Assembly (NCBI GenBank): GCA_965240325.2
Contig: OZ251240.1
Coordinates: 1,488,001-1,552,000, forward strand
Source of the DNA: Rebecca billardiae RCC1528
Taxonomy: Eukaryota; Protista; Haptophyta
Reading direction: 5' to 3'
DNA length: 64,000 nucleotides
The notes under the pieces were generated by a model. That model was given only the letters and a program-made list of their open reading frames with translations, was not told the DNA's origin and searched no databases. A program made the position numbers and the translations under genes. This document shows positions 49,433 through 61,444 of this stretch, one piece after another; position 1 is the first letter of the stretch, and each line of letters starts with the position of its first letter.

Positions 49433-49482
49433 ACTGTCGGGCTGGAGCCATGACTCCTCGGCCTGCGCCCCGGCAGTGTAGC

Positions 49483-50983
49483 TCAGCGCCCCAGCCGCGG
49501 CAGCTGGCCGATGCGCGCAGGCGCGTCGACTCGACCATTGGGACCATCGGCGTCAGCTGCACTCACGCCGAGGCCGAGAGCAGCCGACCGCATGCCGCAC
49601 GCGTGCGCGCTGCCGTCCGCTGTGACGTACAGCGCGTGGGTGTCACTCACTACTCAGCGCGCAGTCCAGCACACGCACTGGCTCGAACGCCTGCACACGC
49701 GCCGGCAGTCGCGCCAGCCACCCGTCACCTCTCGGTGCGCCGAGCTCGCCCCACTCGTTGTCCCCGAACGTGTACACGCTGCCATCCGCGCACATGACGG
49801 CACTGCCATGGCGGCCAGCGCACGCGCGTACCGCACGCACGCCTGCCAGGGCCTCGATGCGAGTGGGCACCGCACGATCCACGTCGTCACGATGCCCGAG
49901 CTGGCCTCCCACGTCGTCACCGAACGAGTACGCGCCGCCCTCCGCGTCCACCACCAGGCTGTGCCACCCGCCCGCGCACACGTGCACGGCGCGCACGCCC
50001 GCGAGCGCCTCGATGCGCCTCGGCGTGGGCTGAACCTCCACATCGTCGCCGTGGCCGAGCTGGCCTTCGTCGCCGTCACCGCACGAGTAGACATCGCCGC
50101 TGACCGAGAGCAGCAGCGTGTGCCGTCGTCCCGCGCATAGCCCACCCACGCGCACGCCATCGAGCGCCTCGATGCGCGTCGGCTCCCACCGCTCCTTCGT
50201 GTCGCCGCGGCCGAGCTGACCGTACCCGTTCCAGCCCCAGCTGTACGCACAGCCCGCGGCGGTGAGCGCGAGGCTGTGTTCGCCTCCAGCGGAGATCGCC
50301 ACGACGGATTCGCACGCAGGAACTCTGACCTCGGAGAAAGTGCGCCGCGTTTTATCGTCACCCAGCCCCAGCTGCCCGTCACCGTTCTCGCCACAGCCGT
50401 ACACGGTGCCGGCCTCGCTCAGCGCGAGCAGGTGGTAGTAGCCGGCGGCCACAGCGACCACGTGCACTGCGCTGAGCGAGGCCACGCGCGTCGGCACGAG
50501 CACCACCGAGACGTCTCCATGACCCATTGCCACTGCTACCCAGACGCCCCAATCCTGCTCGCCGCACGTATGCAGCCCGCCCTCCGCGTCCACAAACGCG
50601 CTCAGCAGTGCCTCGTCATCGCCCGTGGCGCGGCCGCACGCGACGACGTGGCGGTGCGTGGACGCGAGCTGGAGCACGCGCTCACGAGCGAACAGCTCGG
50701 ATGTCCAGCTGCACGCGTCGGGCGGAAGCGCGGCCGGAAGGGCGCGCTCGTGCCCGCGAGCGCGCGCGCGCTCGCGCAGCGCGTGCTCGACCGGCGAGCG
50801 GCCGCCCGGCGCACCGCGAAAGAGGCGAGAGGCGGCGTTGGCGGCCGCGAGTGCGCGCGGCTCGGGCACGCTCGCGAGTATGCGCTCGACGACCTCGGGC
50901 GGCATGTCCGCGAGGCCAAGCGCCGCCGGCGCGCGCGGTGCGTGCTCCTTGTCTCCGGCCATTCTCGCTCTGGTCGTCGTCAT
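49483..50983 (-). pseudogene. F-box + RCC1-repeat protein, copy C (diverged), with a frameshift near the 3' end
   Basis: F-box LADMPPEVVERIL plus RCC1 repeats. The ORF stops at 49643, but the paralog-like last repeat (DTHALYVTADGSAHACG...LGVSAAD...PARIGQLP) continues in another frame to TGA at 49483. Confidence 0.78.
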
Positions 50984-51113
50984 GGCTCCGCGTCTCTTGG
51001 CGAAGCGCGACAGCCCTTCTGCCACAGCGTGGTAGCTCGGTACGATGGCGGTGGCGGTGGTGCTGTCCGCAAACCCGCGGCGTGGCCCGTCATCTGTCGC
51101 GCGCCGTGTGCGG

Positions 51114-52250
51114 ATGCCGCTGCTCCTCGCAGCGCTGCTCGCAGCGACGCGGGGCGCGATCTCCGAGCTCCCGCCGCCACGCCCGTCGCCCTACGCCTGG
51201 CCGCGCGAGCGGACGGACGCGCACAACGCCGCGCGGCTGCGCAACGTTTCGAGGGCGTACACCAAGGAGACGCGCCAGCCGTGCGTCTCCTCCGTGCCCG
51301 CCGTCGTGGGCGCGGGCTGTGCGAGCCAGCGGTCGAGCAACTGCTCGACACCAGCGGCCGCGCTCGACGCGGCCTTGGAGGCGCGCGTGTGGCGCGAGTG
51401 CTGGGGCGCGATGAGCATGCTCGCGGTCGCGCGGCACAGGCCGATCCGTGCGACGCAGCTGCTGCGGATGGCGCAGGACTTCATCCGGCTGTCCGCCGCG
51501 AAGCGCGAGCCCGAGCGCCCGCTGCTGCGCGACCTCGCCGCGCGCCCGCCGCGCCGCTTCGCCGAGTGCGCCGTCACGTCCGGCCTCTACCCGGCCAACG
51601 AGTCGGACATCCCGGCGCTGGACGCGAGGCTGACGGGTACGCGCGGACCGCTGATCCGGCCCAACCACATGTGCGCGCGGTCGATCGAGCCGGAGTACTC
51701 GGCGGGCAAGCGCCCGCCGTTCCACCGCCGGCACGTCGACATCAGCGTGATCAACGGCGGCGTGAACACGAAGCGCGTGTGCGGCGCGTGCCACGTCGAC
51801 GTGCCGATCCCACGCACCGGGCTGGCGCTGCTCGTGCGCCCGCTCGACAAGTCGTCGTACCTCAACGCGCGCAAGTGCCTCAACGCGAGCCAGCCCGGGC
51901 TCTCGATGGGCGCCGTCTCCGCCGCGACGATGCGGCTGGGCTTCGTCCTCTCCGCCGCCTTCTCAGACCGCGACGTCTCCCAGTACCCCCTCTCCGACCA
52001 CTGGACGACGCCCAAGGTCTCGACCGGCTTCCTGGCAGTTGTGTTTGCGCTGCTGCACTGCGAGCGCGTGGGGCTGTACGGGTTTGGCGGGCCGGTCGAG
52101 GTGGAGGGCCACCTGATCGGGTACTCGCACGACCTGCTCGCCGAGCGTCGCGCGGTCGCCGCGCTCAGCGCGCCGAAGCACGAGCGCTCCCAGCTCGTGC
52201 AGGAGGTGCTGACGGCCACGGGCGCACGGGCCGTGCAGCTCGTCTTCTGA
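51114..52250 (+). CDS. GT29 sialyltransferase-like protein (divergent)
   Basis: Sialylmotif S (STGFLAVVFALLHCERVGLYGF), VS motif (HDLLAE) and an N-terminal signal. Motif L is not recognisable. Confidence 0.65.
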   Translation: MPLLLAALLAATRGAISELPPPRPSPYAWPRERTDAHNAARLRNVSRAYTKETRQPCVSSVPAVVGAGCASQRSSNCSTPAAALDAALEARVWRECWGAMSMLAVARHRPIRATQLLRMAQDFIRLSAAKREPERPLLRDLAARPPRRFAECAVTSGLYPANESDIPALDARLTGTRGPLIRPNHMCARSIEPEYSAGKRPPFHRRHVDISVINGGVNTKRVCGACHVDVPIPRTGLALLVRPLDKSSYLNARKCLNASQPGLSMGAVSAATMRLGFVLSAAFSDRDVSQYPLSDHWTTPKVSTGFLAVVFALLHCERVGLYGFGGPVEVEGHLIGYSHDLLAERRAVAALSAPKHERSQLVQEVLTATGARAVQLVF

Positions 52251-52468
52251 CTCTGAGTGAGTCCTGACGGGACCTGCGAGCTCGGCAGCTGCTCACGCAT
52301 GCTGCTGTTGTATTTGATGTATGGTGTGTAATTGTCGTTGCTGTGATTAGAAGGCGCGGGCGGCGGCACGTGCGCGCGCCGCGCGCGCTGCTCTCAGAGT
52401 AGAATTAGAGGACTGATCATGATGACCCAGACCCACGCCAGGAACGAGTCGACCTCGGGCTCGGACCA

Positions 52469-53920
52469 ATTCTATGATTTAAAGACACAGGCACGAGGGC
52501 GCAGCTCTCCTGATTCGTCTGTCGAAGTACTGAATGGAGTTAATGGAGGATGTCGCTGGAGCGCGTTGGCCGCGGGTGAGGGAGTCGTCGTAACCGATGC
52601 TGATCACACGGTCACTGAGGTAGTAGGCGCCCGGGGATGCCGCTGTTTTGCAGTCGTCGTCGGCCTTGGTCATCATGTAGTTGCCCGCGTCGTCGTCGTC
52701 CGAGGCTGTTCAAGTTGATGCCGTAGTGCAGGTAGTGGATGTGGTCGCCCGGGCCGGTGTGCGCGGCCTAGTGGCCTTGCCGAGTTGAGGGAGTCGTCGC
52801 CCTTGCCGTTGAGGAAGTCGTCGTCCTTGCCGTTGAGGAAGTCGTCGCCCTGGCCGCAGAGGAAGTCGTCGCCCTTGCCGTTGAGGAAGTCGTCGTCCTG
52901 GCCGCTGAGGGTGCCTGCGCTGCCCAACCGGGCGCGTCTGGCGCGCCAGCGCCGCGCGCGGCTCTACGCCAGCGACGGCGGCACGGCGGCAGCCAGGTCA
53001 CGGGGGGGGTCGGCGAGGGACGCGGTGCGAGCCTGCTTGGCCGGCTTGGCGTCGCTCCCGCCAGCGGAGGAGGGCCCATCCTCCTCCGCCGGCGTGGACG
53101 GCTCGGTCGCCGCGCGCTTGCCGGCTGCCGCGGCGCCGGGGGGCAGGACCAGGCGGTAGTTGGACTCCCCGAGCGCCGGCCTGGCCTGTTGCACCTCGGG
53201 CCCGTCCGACGGCGCGGCCGCGGTTGGCGGCTGGGGTGGCGGGATGGCATCGTCGGAACCCTCCCCCTCGGGCTCCTCCGCCTCCGGGCCGGCGGGGTCC
53301 GCCGCCTGTTGGTCGGCCGGCTGAGGAGCAGGGCGGCGCGCAGCGGCGGGCGGCGCGGGCGGCACAGGCGGCGCGGGCGGCACGCCCCACAGGTTGTGTG
53401 GGACGCGGGCGGCGCCGGCGATGCGGCGGCTCGGCTTGAGCGGCGCGAAGAAGATGGGGTGCTCGGGGTCGATGGGCATGAAACGGAGGCGGAGGAAGAT
53501 CAGGTTCACACCGCCGGAGTAGATGTTGGTCTCGACGTGCTCACCGTTGGTCACGTACTTGTTGATGTCGGGCACGATCTGCTCGTAGAGGGCCCTGTGG
53601 AACTGCACGAGCGTCATCGTGGGGCTAACCGGGAGCGTGAGGGACACGTCCTTCGCCTGGGTTGCGAGGTCGGCCGCCGACAGCGCGAGCATCTCCTGCG
53701 TGAGCTCCGTGGTGCACGCCGTGAAAATGTTCGGCATGCACAGGCTGGTGGCCAGGCGGCGGCAGATGGCCATGTTCTCGAGCACCGATCCGGTGAAGGA
53801 GAAAACGTGCTTATTGCCTTTGGGGTCCTGGGTGAGTCCTGCGAGCAGTCGCCCGCCTTGCGAGTTGGGCGCCACGTCGCTCAGGCAGCGCGCGCTCAGC
53901 TTGATCATCGTCGTGCACAT
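52469..53920 (-). mobile_element. Candidate element: orphan ORF 52964-53920 (~318 aa), 24-bp tandem repeats and the conserved terminal stem-loop
   Basis: Terminus shared with 24729 and 12847. Intronless ORF with a globular N-half and a Pro/acidic/basic disordered C-half. Confidence 0.5.
52784..52908. repeat. 24-bp tandem repeat, ~5 copies
   Basis: TTGAGGAAGTCGTCG(C/T)CC(T)TGCCG-like units. Confidence 0.9.
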
Positions 53921-54063
53921 CTGCAGGCCCGCATCCCGCCTGTCGGTGGGGGTGCTCGGACCAGGCGAGCGCGAATAACGAAAAGCAGAAAGGAATAATG
54001 AATTCATGAATGAATCAGCAGCCGACGAAAACAAGGTGTTTACGTAAAAATGGATGCAGCAAT

Positions 54064-54669
54064 ATGGCGGACCCGATGGCAGTTAACCCGTCCGACCTCC
54101 TGAAGGGCGCGCTCGGCGCGGATGCGCCTGGCGTGCCCAGCTTCGGCGGCGCGGAGCAGCTGTGGTCGATGCTGGACGACATGGCCGCGAACGACCCGGA
54201 CGCGTACGCCGCGTTCATGGCCAGCCAGCTCGAGGAGATGGAGAAGGAAGAGCGCGCGGAGATGCCCGTCCCGTCGTACTGCGCACGCGTGCAGGTCGCC
54301 TCCCCCGCGGAGCGGCGCGGGCGGCTGTACATCAACGCGTGCTCGCACGTGCGCATGAAGTCGTCCGCGCCCGAGGACGTCAACCTCGCCGTCAGCCGGC
54401 TGCGCAGCGGCACGGTCGACGGGCGTGAGGTCCATCTCGTCGACGTGATCACGAGCGACGACCAGCTGGCGCGCGCGCGCCGCGACGCGGGGCACAAGCG
54501 CGAGCTGACGCAGCTCTTCCTCGAGTGCCTCGAGGAGACGCACGCGCTCAAGCTCGAGCGCTCGACGCTCAAGCTGCTGACCAAGCTCAAGTACGCCGGC
54601 GGCGAGGTCGTACGGTTTCGGGACGCACGAGCCCCCGCGCCGCAGCCGAGGTTTGGCGGCGGCGGCGGG

Positions 54670-54700
<31 letters not shown>

Positions 54701-55392
54701 GGGCCGGCGGCGGCGGCGGCGGTGGCAGCGCGGCGTCGGCATCCGCGCCGCTCTTCGAGCGCGTGCTGCGCGCTGCGAGCGAGAAGGAGCAGCAGCCCGA
54801 GCACGACGACGCCGCGGCTGGCTCGTCGCCGCCGGCGCTGGCGCCGAGCGGCGCCGGGCGCGCCGCGGCTGGGGCTGGCCCGGCAGCGCACGCGCTGCGA
54901 GGCGCCGGCAGGGGCGACGGCGCGCTGGCCGCTGAGCCAGCAGCTCGCGGGCCGCTGATCGAGGAAATCGCCACCGTCGAGCCGCCGCCGCGCTCCGCCG
55001 CCACGCCCTCTGCACCACCCGCCGACGCCGCAGCGGAACCCTCCCAGCCCGGGCCTCCGCCTCCGCTCGCGGCGCCCGCGCCAGCCGAGCCCGCGCACAG
55101 CGTCAGCGTTGGCGAGGGCGCCGTGGACGGCGGCGGCGCGGAGCTCGTGATCAGAGTGGCGCTGCCGGGCGTGACGACCGCGCGGGCACTGGACGTGCAG
55201 GTGGACGACGTCAGCCTGGAGCTCAAGGCGGCCTCCCCGCCGTATCGGCTCTCTCTGCGGCTCCCCCGCACGATCGACGCGGCGCAGGCGCGCTCCAAGT
55301 TTGAGCGCAAGACAGGCTCGCTCGTCGTGCGCGCGCCATGCCAGCCGGCGTGCGATGAACCCGGTGGCAATGGTTGCTGCGGCGCCGCCTGA
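54064..55392 (+). CDS. PIH1D2: PIH1-domain protein, PIH1D2-like (R2TP/dynein-assembly co-chaperone)
   Basis: QLWSMLDDMAANDPDAYAAFM N-terminal motif, LYINACSH PIH1 core, C-terminal CS domain (LVIRVALPGV...AQARSKF). Confidence 0.75.
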
Positions 55393-56048
55393 GCCTCGGA
55401 GCCGGTGTGAGGGCGGCGGCGGGCTCGGGCCCCGGGGCTTGGGACTAGTTGGGAGTTGGGAGCGGCCAGCGGGCTGCGCCCGCCGGCGCGTGCGCTCATG
55501 TGCAGTGCCGAGTGCGGCGGCTGCGCTGGCCTATACAGTATGCCGGTGGCAGCGTGGCGTCAGTGCGGGCCGCCGGAACTACTCGGACGGGTTACCGTAC
55601 GGTGACGGGTCCGAATCAAGTGAGACGGACCGGGTCGGAGGCGCCATCAAGCGCAAGCTTTTCGCGCGAGATTCCAGGCTTCCAGTGGCAGAGCGAATCG
55701 GTCCTGGGCACGGTTGTTCAGCTGTCGTGCGCGACTCTTGACCCGGCTTTCTGCGATCGGCGGACGGCTCCGCATAGGCAGCGCGTAACCGATTCTAGCT
55801 CTGGTGGTAGGCTGAGAACAAGTGCGGCTTGGTCTTTCAGCCAATCACGTGCTCCCATTCTCCTCGGCGGGTCCTCGACCTGGAAACTGGGTAGGCCTCG
55901 CGAGTCTCGCGACGACTACTTCTTGGCCCTTCCGGTTCGGCAAAGTTCGGCCACTCGGCCAGTCGTCTTCGGCGTCGGTCGGCCGAGTACCCATTGCCAC
56001 GACCACCCCAAACCCCGACGGCCTGCTGGACGCCTTCCGCCAGTCCCC

Positions 56049-57519
56049 ATGCGCGTCGCCGTGTACAACAGCAAGTCGTACGACAAGGAGTGGCTGAACA
56101 AGGCGAACCATGCGGGCAAGCACGAGCTCGTCTTCTTCCCGATGCGCATGACCGCCGAGACAGTCGAGGCGGCCAAGGGTTTTGGTGCGCGGCGCGAGGC
56201 GCCGCGCGCGCGGCGTGCGCGCACCGCCCCGCGCAGCCCCGCGTCCGTCGGCCGGCCGGGGCTGACGTGCGACCCCCGCGCGCATCTCGGCGGCAACCGT
56301 CCGTCCCCGCTCCGCCCCGCCCCTGCCGCGCCCTCCGCACGCCTGCAGAGGCCATCTGCCTCTTTGTGAACGACACGTGCGACGAGGAGATTGTCGAGAA
56401 GCTGAAGGAGTACGGCGTGAAGCACATCGCGCTGCGCTGCGCGGGCTTCAACAACGTGGACCTGTACGCGGCCGAGCGGCTCGGCATCAGCGTCGTGCGC
56501 GTCCCCGCCTACTCGCCCTACGCCGTCGCCGAGCACGCGGTCGCCCTGATGATGGCGCTGGACCGCAAAGTGCGCGCGCGCGCGCGCGCGCCTCTCACAG
56601 CGCGCGCGTGCGGAGGGGCGCGAGCCCGACGGGCGCGTCCGCGCGCGCGCGCGCCGCGCCCTCGGCGCACGCAGATCCACCGCGCGTACGTGCGCACGCG
56701 CGAGGGCGACTACGAGCTCGAGGGCCTCATGGGCAACGAGATGCACGGCCGGACGCTCGGAATCATCGGTACCGGCAAGATTGGTCAACTCGTCGCGTCG
56801 TGCATGAAGGGTGCGCGGGCGCGCGCGGCGTGGCGCGCGGCGGCACGCCGGCGCGCGCGCCTCGCCCACGCACGCCGCCGCACGCGCCCACGCACACGCC
56901 GGGCGCGTCGTCCCGCGCGGCGGCACGCCGACGCACGCGCCGCCGCCCACGCACGCGCACGCACACGCGCGCGCGCGCTCTTACAGGCTTTGGCATGCGG
57001 CTGATCTGCTACGACCTCTTCCCGTCCGACGTGATGAAGGGGATGGGCGCCGAGTACATGGAGCTGGAGGAGGTGCTCAAGGAAGCGGACGTGATCACGC
57101 TGCACTGCCCGCTCAAGCGCAACACGATGCACATGATCAACCGCGAGACCATCCTTCAGATGAAGCCAGGCATGATGATCATCAACACCTCGCGCGGCGG
57201 GCTCATGGACGCGGACGCGCTCGTGGACGGCCTCAAGATGGGCATCGTCGGCTCGCTCGGGATCGACGTGTACGAGCAGGAGGAGGACATCTTCTTCCAG
57301 GACCACGCGACCGAGGTGAACTACACGGACGACACATTCGCCCGGCTGCAGTCTTTCCCCAACGTTCTCATCACTGGCCACCAGGCATGGTTCACCAAGC
57401 CGGCCGTGAAGACGATTGGCGAGACGACGATCGCAAACCTCGACCAGCTCGCCTCGGGCGAGGAGTCGCCCAACGCGTGCGCGCCGTCGCGCCGCGGCAC
57501 GCGAGAGGCGGGCAAGTAG
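56049..57519 (+). CDS. ldhA: D-lactate dehydrogenase (D-2-hydroxyacid dehydrogenase, LdhA-like), 4 exons
   Basis: [72 protein letters not shown]. Exons 56049-56184, 56349-56569, 56675-56810, 56987-57519. Confidence 0.93.
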
Positions 57520-58964
57520 CGCGCGGCGGGCTCGCGCGCGCGACGCACGGACGGCGCGCGGCCAAGACGCCGCGACAGCCGCGGCGTGTGGGCCGCGATC
57601 ACTGGCTGTCGGCCGCATCTGTCTGGCTGAGAGACGCGGTGCCACTCGTCGTGCCGACGCCCGGCGGTGCCGGCGGTCTGTCGCGGGACCGCGACTGACA
57701 CAGGCGAGTGGCGAGATCTATCTCACGTCGCTGCGACTGCGGACGGCCGGGCCGCCGCGGGCGCGGCACCCGCCGCCGGGCGGCCCGTCCGTCGCGGGCC
57801 GCCACGCGGGCACGCACCGCCACTGCGTGACCCGAATTCTCTACTCCGATCACTGCGTGACTGTCTGTCGTCTGACCGACTGGCGACTGGCATCGGAATC
57901 CGGACCGGCTTATTGTGAATGATGTATCTAGTAGTCTGCTTACTATAAGTATATAACTATTAGTATTAACGACGTGATCCGACAGTCGCCAGTCTGGTAC
58001 CGCTGGCGCTGTCCGACGGACTGCTGAGTACTGTCTACTGCTCTGTACTCACTCAGATGCCAGCACGGACGACCGCGCGCTGAATACGGCGCTGATTCAG
58101 ATCACCGCCAGCAGATCCCGCAGCAGATCCGCCGCGCGACCCGGCCCCGTCCGTGTACGTGAGAGTCTGTGAGCGTCGCCGTCTGTCGGCTCGTCGGAGT
58201 CACTTACGTCGGTCGTCGACCGCGATTGTCACGTACTCTCACAAGTCGTCACACATCGTCTGTCAGATCATCATGATTCATGATGCTGCCATCGAGTGAC
58301 TGACGCGCGTCGTCATCCAGCGCCGCACAGAGCGACGACACGCCTGACGGCGGTGGGCGGGTGTGACACTGACACGGTCGGGCACGCCGCGGCACGCGGG
58401 ACCGCGGGAGGCGCCGGGACGGCCGACGGAGCCTCGCCAGTCGGAGACTCGGGAGAGTCGGAGACGGACACGGAGTCCGGCGGGACGGGACCGGGCGGGA
58501 GGCGCTCGGCCCGGCCCGGGCCGGACGGCCGCACCTGCTCAAACTTTCATCGCAATATATTTATTTATTTTAAACAACGTGCCCGTGGCAGACAGGCATT
58601 GTCACAGGCATGCAACGGGCAAGCGTCACAGACTCAGAGTGCAGCAGTCTGACTGCATAGCGAATGCGCCCGCGCCTGCCGACCAGGTCAGGCAGTGCGC
58701 CACCCGCAGCCCTGCCGCCCCCTAGGCCTAGGCCCTACGCGCCTACGGGAGCGGGGCCGGGATGGAGTGCACTGCCTCGGCGCCCCCGTCGGCCGCCTGG
58801 GCCGGCACGCGGCGCAGCCGGACGCGCCGCGCGGGGCAGTCTAAGTGCCGCCGTGGGCGCCTCGGGATGGCAGAGGCCATCCGCGGGACGTCGTACTCGT
58901 AGTATGCGTCGCCCGGCGCGCCGGCCACTACTTATTACTCATACTTAGCAGGCGCGCAGCTAGT

Positions 58965-59877
58965 GGCCTGTTTTATTTCTACCAGATTCCATTTCCTATG
59001 TCACGGCGACAAACCCCTGCCCGCCAGTGGGAATCGGTGTCACGCCCCGTTGGATGTACCTCTCACGGCCGATGGCGGCCCCCACGTGCGCGAGGAACGC
59101 GATTCCTGCACTCCTCGGTGACCGGTGAGTGCAGGAATCCAGTTGCGGCGCTCGTCCGCCTCGTCGTTGTCGCACACGAGGTACATCCAACACCATGGGT
59201 CGTATCCCAAAACTCTCCGCGCGCTCTGCGCCCGCGCGGCGAGCGATTGCAGGCTTGTTCTCATCATCTTGGCCAAGACTGCAGCCTGCCAGATGCGCCA
59301 GGAGACGTGTGCACGCCTTTCCGCGCGTCATGGGTGCGCGTGGCACGCACCTTGTCATATTTTACGCCGAGGAGGCCTGAGCATCCGGCCTACCAACCTT
59401 CCGCGCTCACGTTCAAATGCAGGCGGCAAGCTGCATGCAAGCGCACGCCGAACGGAAGCATCTCAAGCTCGACAAGGTAGTGGCGGCGGAGCGTTTAGAG
59501 CTGGTGGCGATTGCAGTCCATCTGGCTGTGAACTGGTCGCTAACTGACACGGGTGCGATGCAGCCAAGGCAGAGTGCTTGCAGCTTGCAGAGGGCCTGCA
59601 GCTGCGGCGGTTTGCCCGCCGCTCGCCGGCTGCATCGTACACACTGCCGTGCACCGCGAGTGACCCCTGTGTCAAGGCGAAGCACCACGGCAAGGCGAGG
59701 CAGCATGTCTGACAACATTCTTCGCTACAGCGCAGCGCATCAACACGAGAATGCGCGAATGACGTGCCATCACTACTCCGGACTAGCTCCGGCGCCCGCA
59801 CCAGCGGGCAAGCCGCCATTGTTCCGCGTTTTGGCGAATAATGTCGCCTTTGGGCTCTCGTAGAAATAAAACAGGCC
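58965..59877. mobile_element. Non-autonomous TIR element (913 bp), perfect 18-bp TIR, 4-bp TSD TAGT
   Basis: GGCCTGTTTTATTTCTAC ... GTAGAAATAAAACAGGCC, TAGT on both flanks. Confidence 0.92.
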
Positions 59878-59903
59878 TAGTACGGCAAAACTTACGCGCA
59901 ATT

Positions 59904-59909
<6 letters not shown>

Positions 59910-59998
<89 letters not shown>
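59910..59998. repeat. (TA)n microsatellite, ~90 bp
   Basis: Perfect TA run. Confidence 0.99.
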
Positions 59999-59999
<1 letters not shown>

Positions 60000-60132
60000 C
60001 CGCGACGTGGTATGCAACGGGCAAGCGTCAGGCTCAGAGTGCAGCAGACACATATAGAATGCGTCCGCGCCTTCCGACCAGGTCCGAGGCAGTGCCGCTT
60101 AGACACCCTGACGCAGGGCCGCAGCCCTGCCC
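59999..60132. repeat. Dispersed repeat family (related copies at ~46881, ~47543, ~58609; short trace at ~57968)
   Basis: Shared core GACGTG(A)GTATGCAACGGGCA(G/A)GCGTCA. The 58609 and 59999 copies match over ~110 bp. Confidence 0.85.
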
Positions 60133-60787
60133 TATATAAGATCAGAGGCGCGTCACGCCCGCCCGGAGTCGAATAGACCGCGTAGTCAGTATGAATATGA
60201 AGGCTTCCGGCGCGGACGGTGCGCCGTGCTGACTGTACTGCCGCGGGTCTGACTGGCCTGGGGCGGCCCGCGGACCCCGGCGCCCCGCCGAGCTCGGACG
60301 GCCCCGGCGCGGCGCGCGTGACGGGCCCGCCACTGTGACTGCCCCGCCACTGCTGCGATAATTCACGACGAATCGGCATCGTGACGATGACGATCGCTCC
60401 TCACCTACTCCGTACTCGTACTTGTAGTCGTATGCGACTGCGCCGAGTGCGAGCGTCCGGGACCGATTCGGTGTTCTCACTCACTCGGGCACTCGGCCTC
60501 TGACGCGGGCCCGCGCTCCGCCGTGTTAGCGGGCCGCGCGCACGGGCTGCCGTGACCGTGTGGCCCGGGCGGACGCCTCCCTGCCTCCCGACCGAGCGTC
60601 CACCCGATCAACCCGGAGCGTGTCGAGACTCGATGCTCCGCGAGTCGAAGCCAATCGTGTAATAAATAAATACGTGAGCCGCAGCCGCGTCTCAGGCGGG
60701 GTCCGGAAGCGGCGCTTGCGACCGCCTGTGTGCCGTGACCCACCGACCAAGGGGCTCCCGGCACCTGCCCGCCGCCGGTCGATGGCG

Positions 60788-61444
60788 TTATAGCCCGTCG
60801 AACGCCCACATGTCCTCCTCCTCCTCGTCCTCCCACAGCGAGCTGCCCAGCGCGTCATAGTCCGGCTCCTTGTACTGGCCGAAATTCTCAGACTCCTCCT
60901 TGGGCGGGATCACGTGCACCTTGTTGTACGGGGAGAAGCGCAGCGAGGGGGTCTTCTTGATCGCGCGGTGCGAGCGGGGCGTGCCGTCGTACGACGACTC
61001 TCGCCTCAGGATGCTCGGCGTGCCGGGTGCGCGCGCCGCGCTGCTGCTGGCGCGCTGCTGCGGCGAGAGGTTGCCGCTCGCGGCCTTGAGCGGACTGCTG
61101 CGGATGAGGGGCGAGAGGAGTCGCGGCGAGATGGCCTTCTTCGGCGAGGACGGGATCTCCACCCGCTCGTCGTGGAACAGCCCCGCCCCGTGCACGCGGC
61201 CGTGCCGCCCTTCGAGGTGCGCGGCCTCGAGCCGCGCTTCGAGCGCGCTGCGCTTGCCGCCGCCGCTCAGCCCGAGCGCGGCGCAGAGCTGCTGCAGGTC
61301 GCGGTACGACCAGCTCTCGTCGCAGCTGAACAGGCCGGGGTTGAGCGAGAAGTACGAGTCCGAGCACGCGGTCGAGGGCGCGGGGCCGTCATCGCTCGCG
61401 GCGATCGCCGCCGTGGCCTGCTGCCCGCGTCGGCCCATCGGCAT
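60788..61444 (-). CDS. Small SAP-domain protein
   Basis: WSYRDLQQLCAALGLSGGGKRSALEARL matches the SAP motif. SP-rich middle, LRFSPYNKV, acidic tail. Confidence 0.65.
   Translation of the reverse strand: MPMGRRGQQATAAIAASDDGPAPSTACSDSYFSLNPGLFSCDESWSYRDLQQLCAALGLSGGGKRSALEARLEAAHLEGRHGRVHGAGLFHDERVEIPSSPKKAISPRLLSPLIRSSPLKAASGNLSPQQRASSSAARAPGTPSILRRESSYDGTPRSHRAIKKTPSLRFSPYNKVHVIPPKEESENFGQYKEPDYDALGSSLWEDEEEEDMWAFDGL

Noticed and set aside
52469-52520. Hammerhead ribozyme in the terminal motif
   Set aside because: CTGATTC does not match the CUGANGA core, and there is no correctly placed GAAA on either strand.
56049-57519. Recent bacterial transfer or contamination of ldhA
   Set aside because: It has three host-style introns and host-like codon usage, and LdhA-like enzymes are known in algae.
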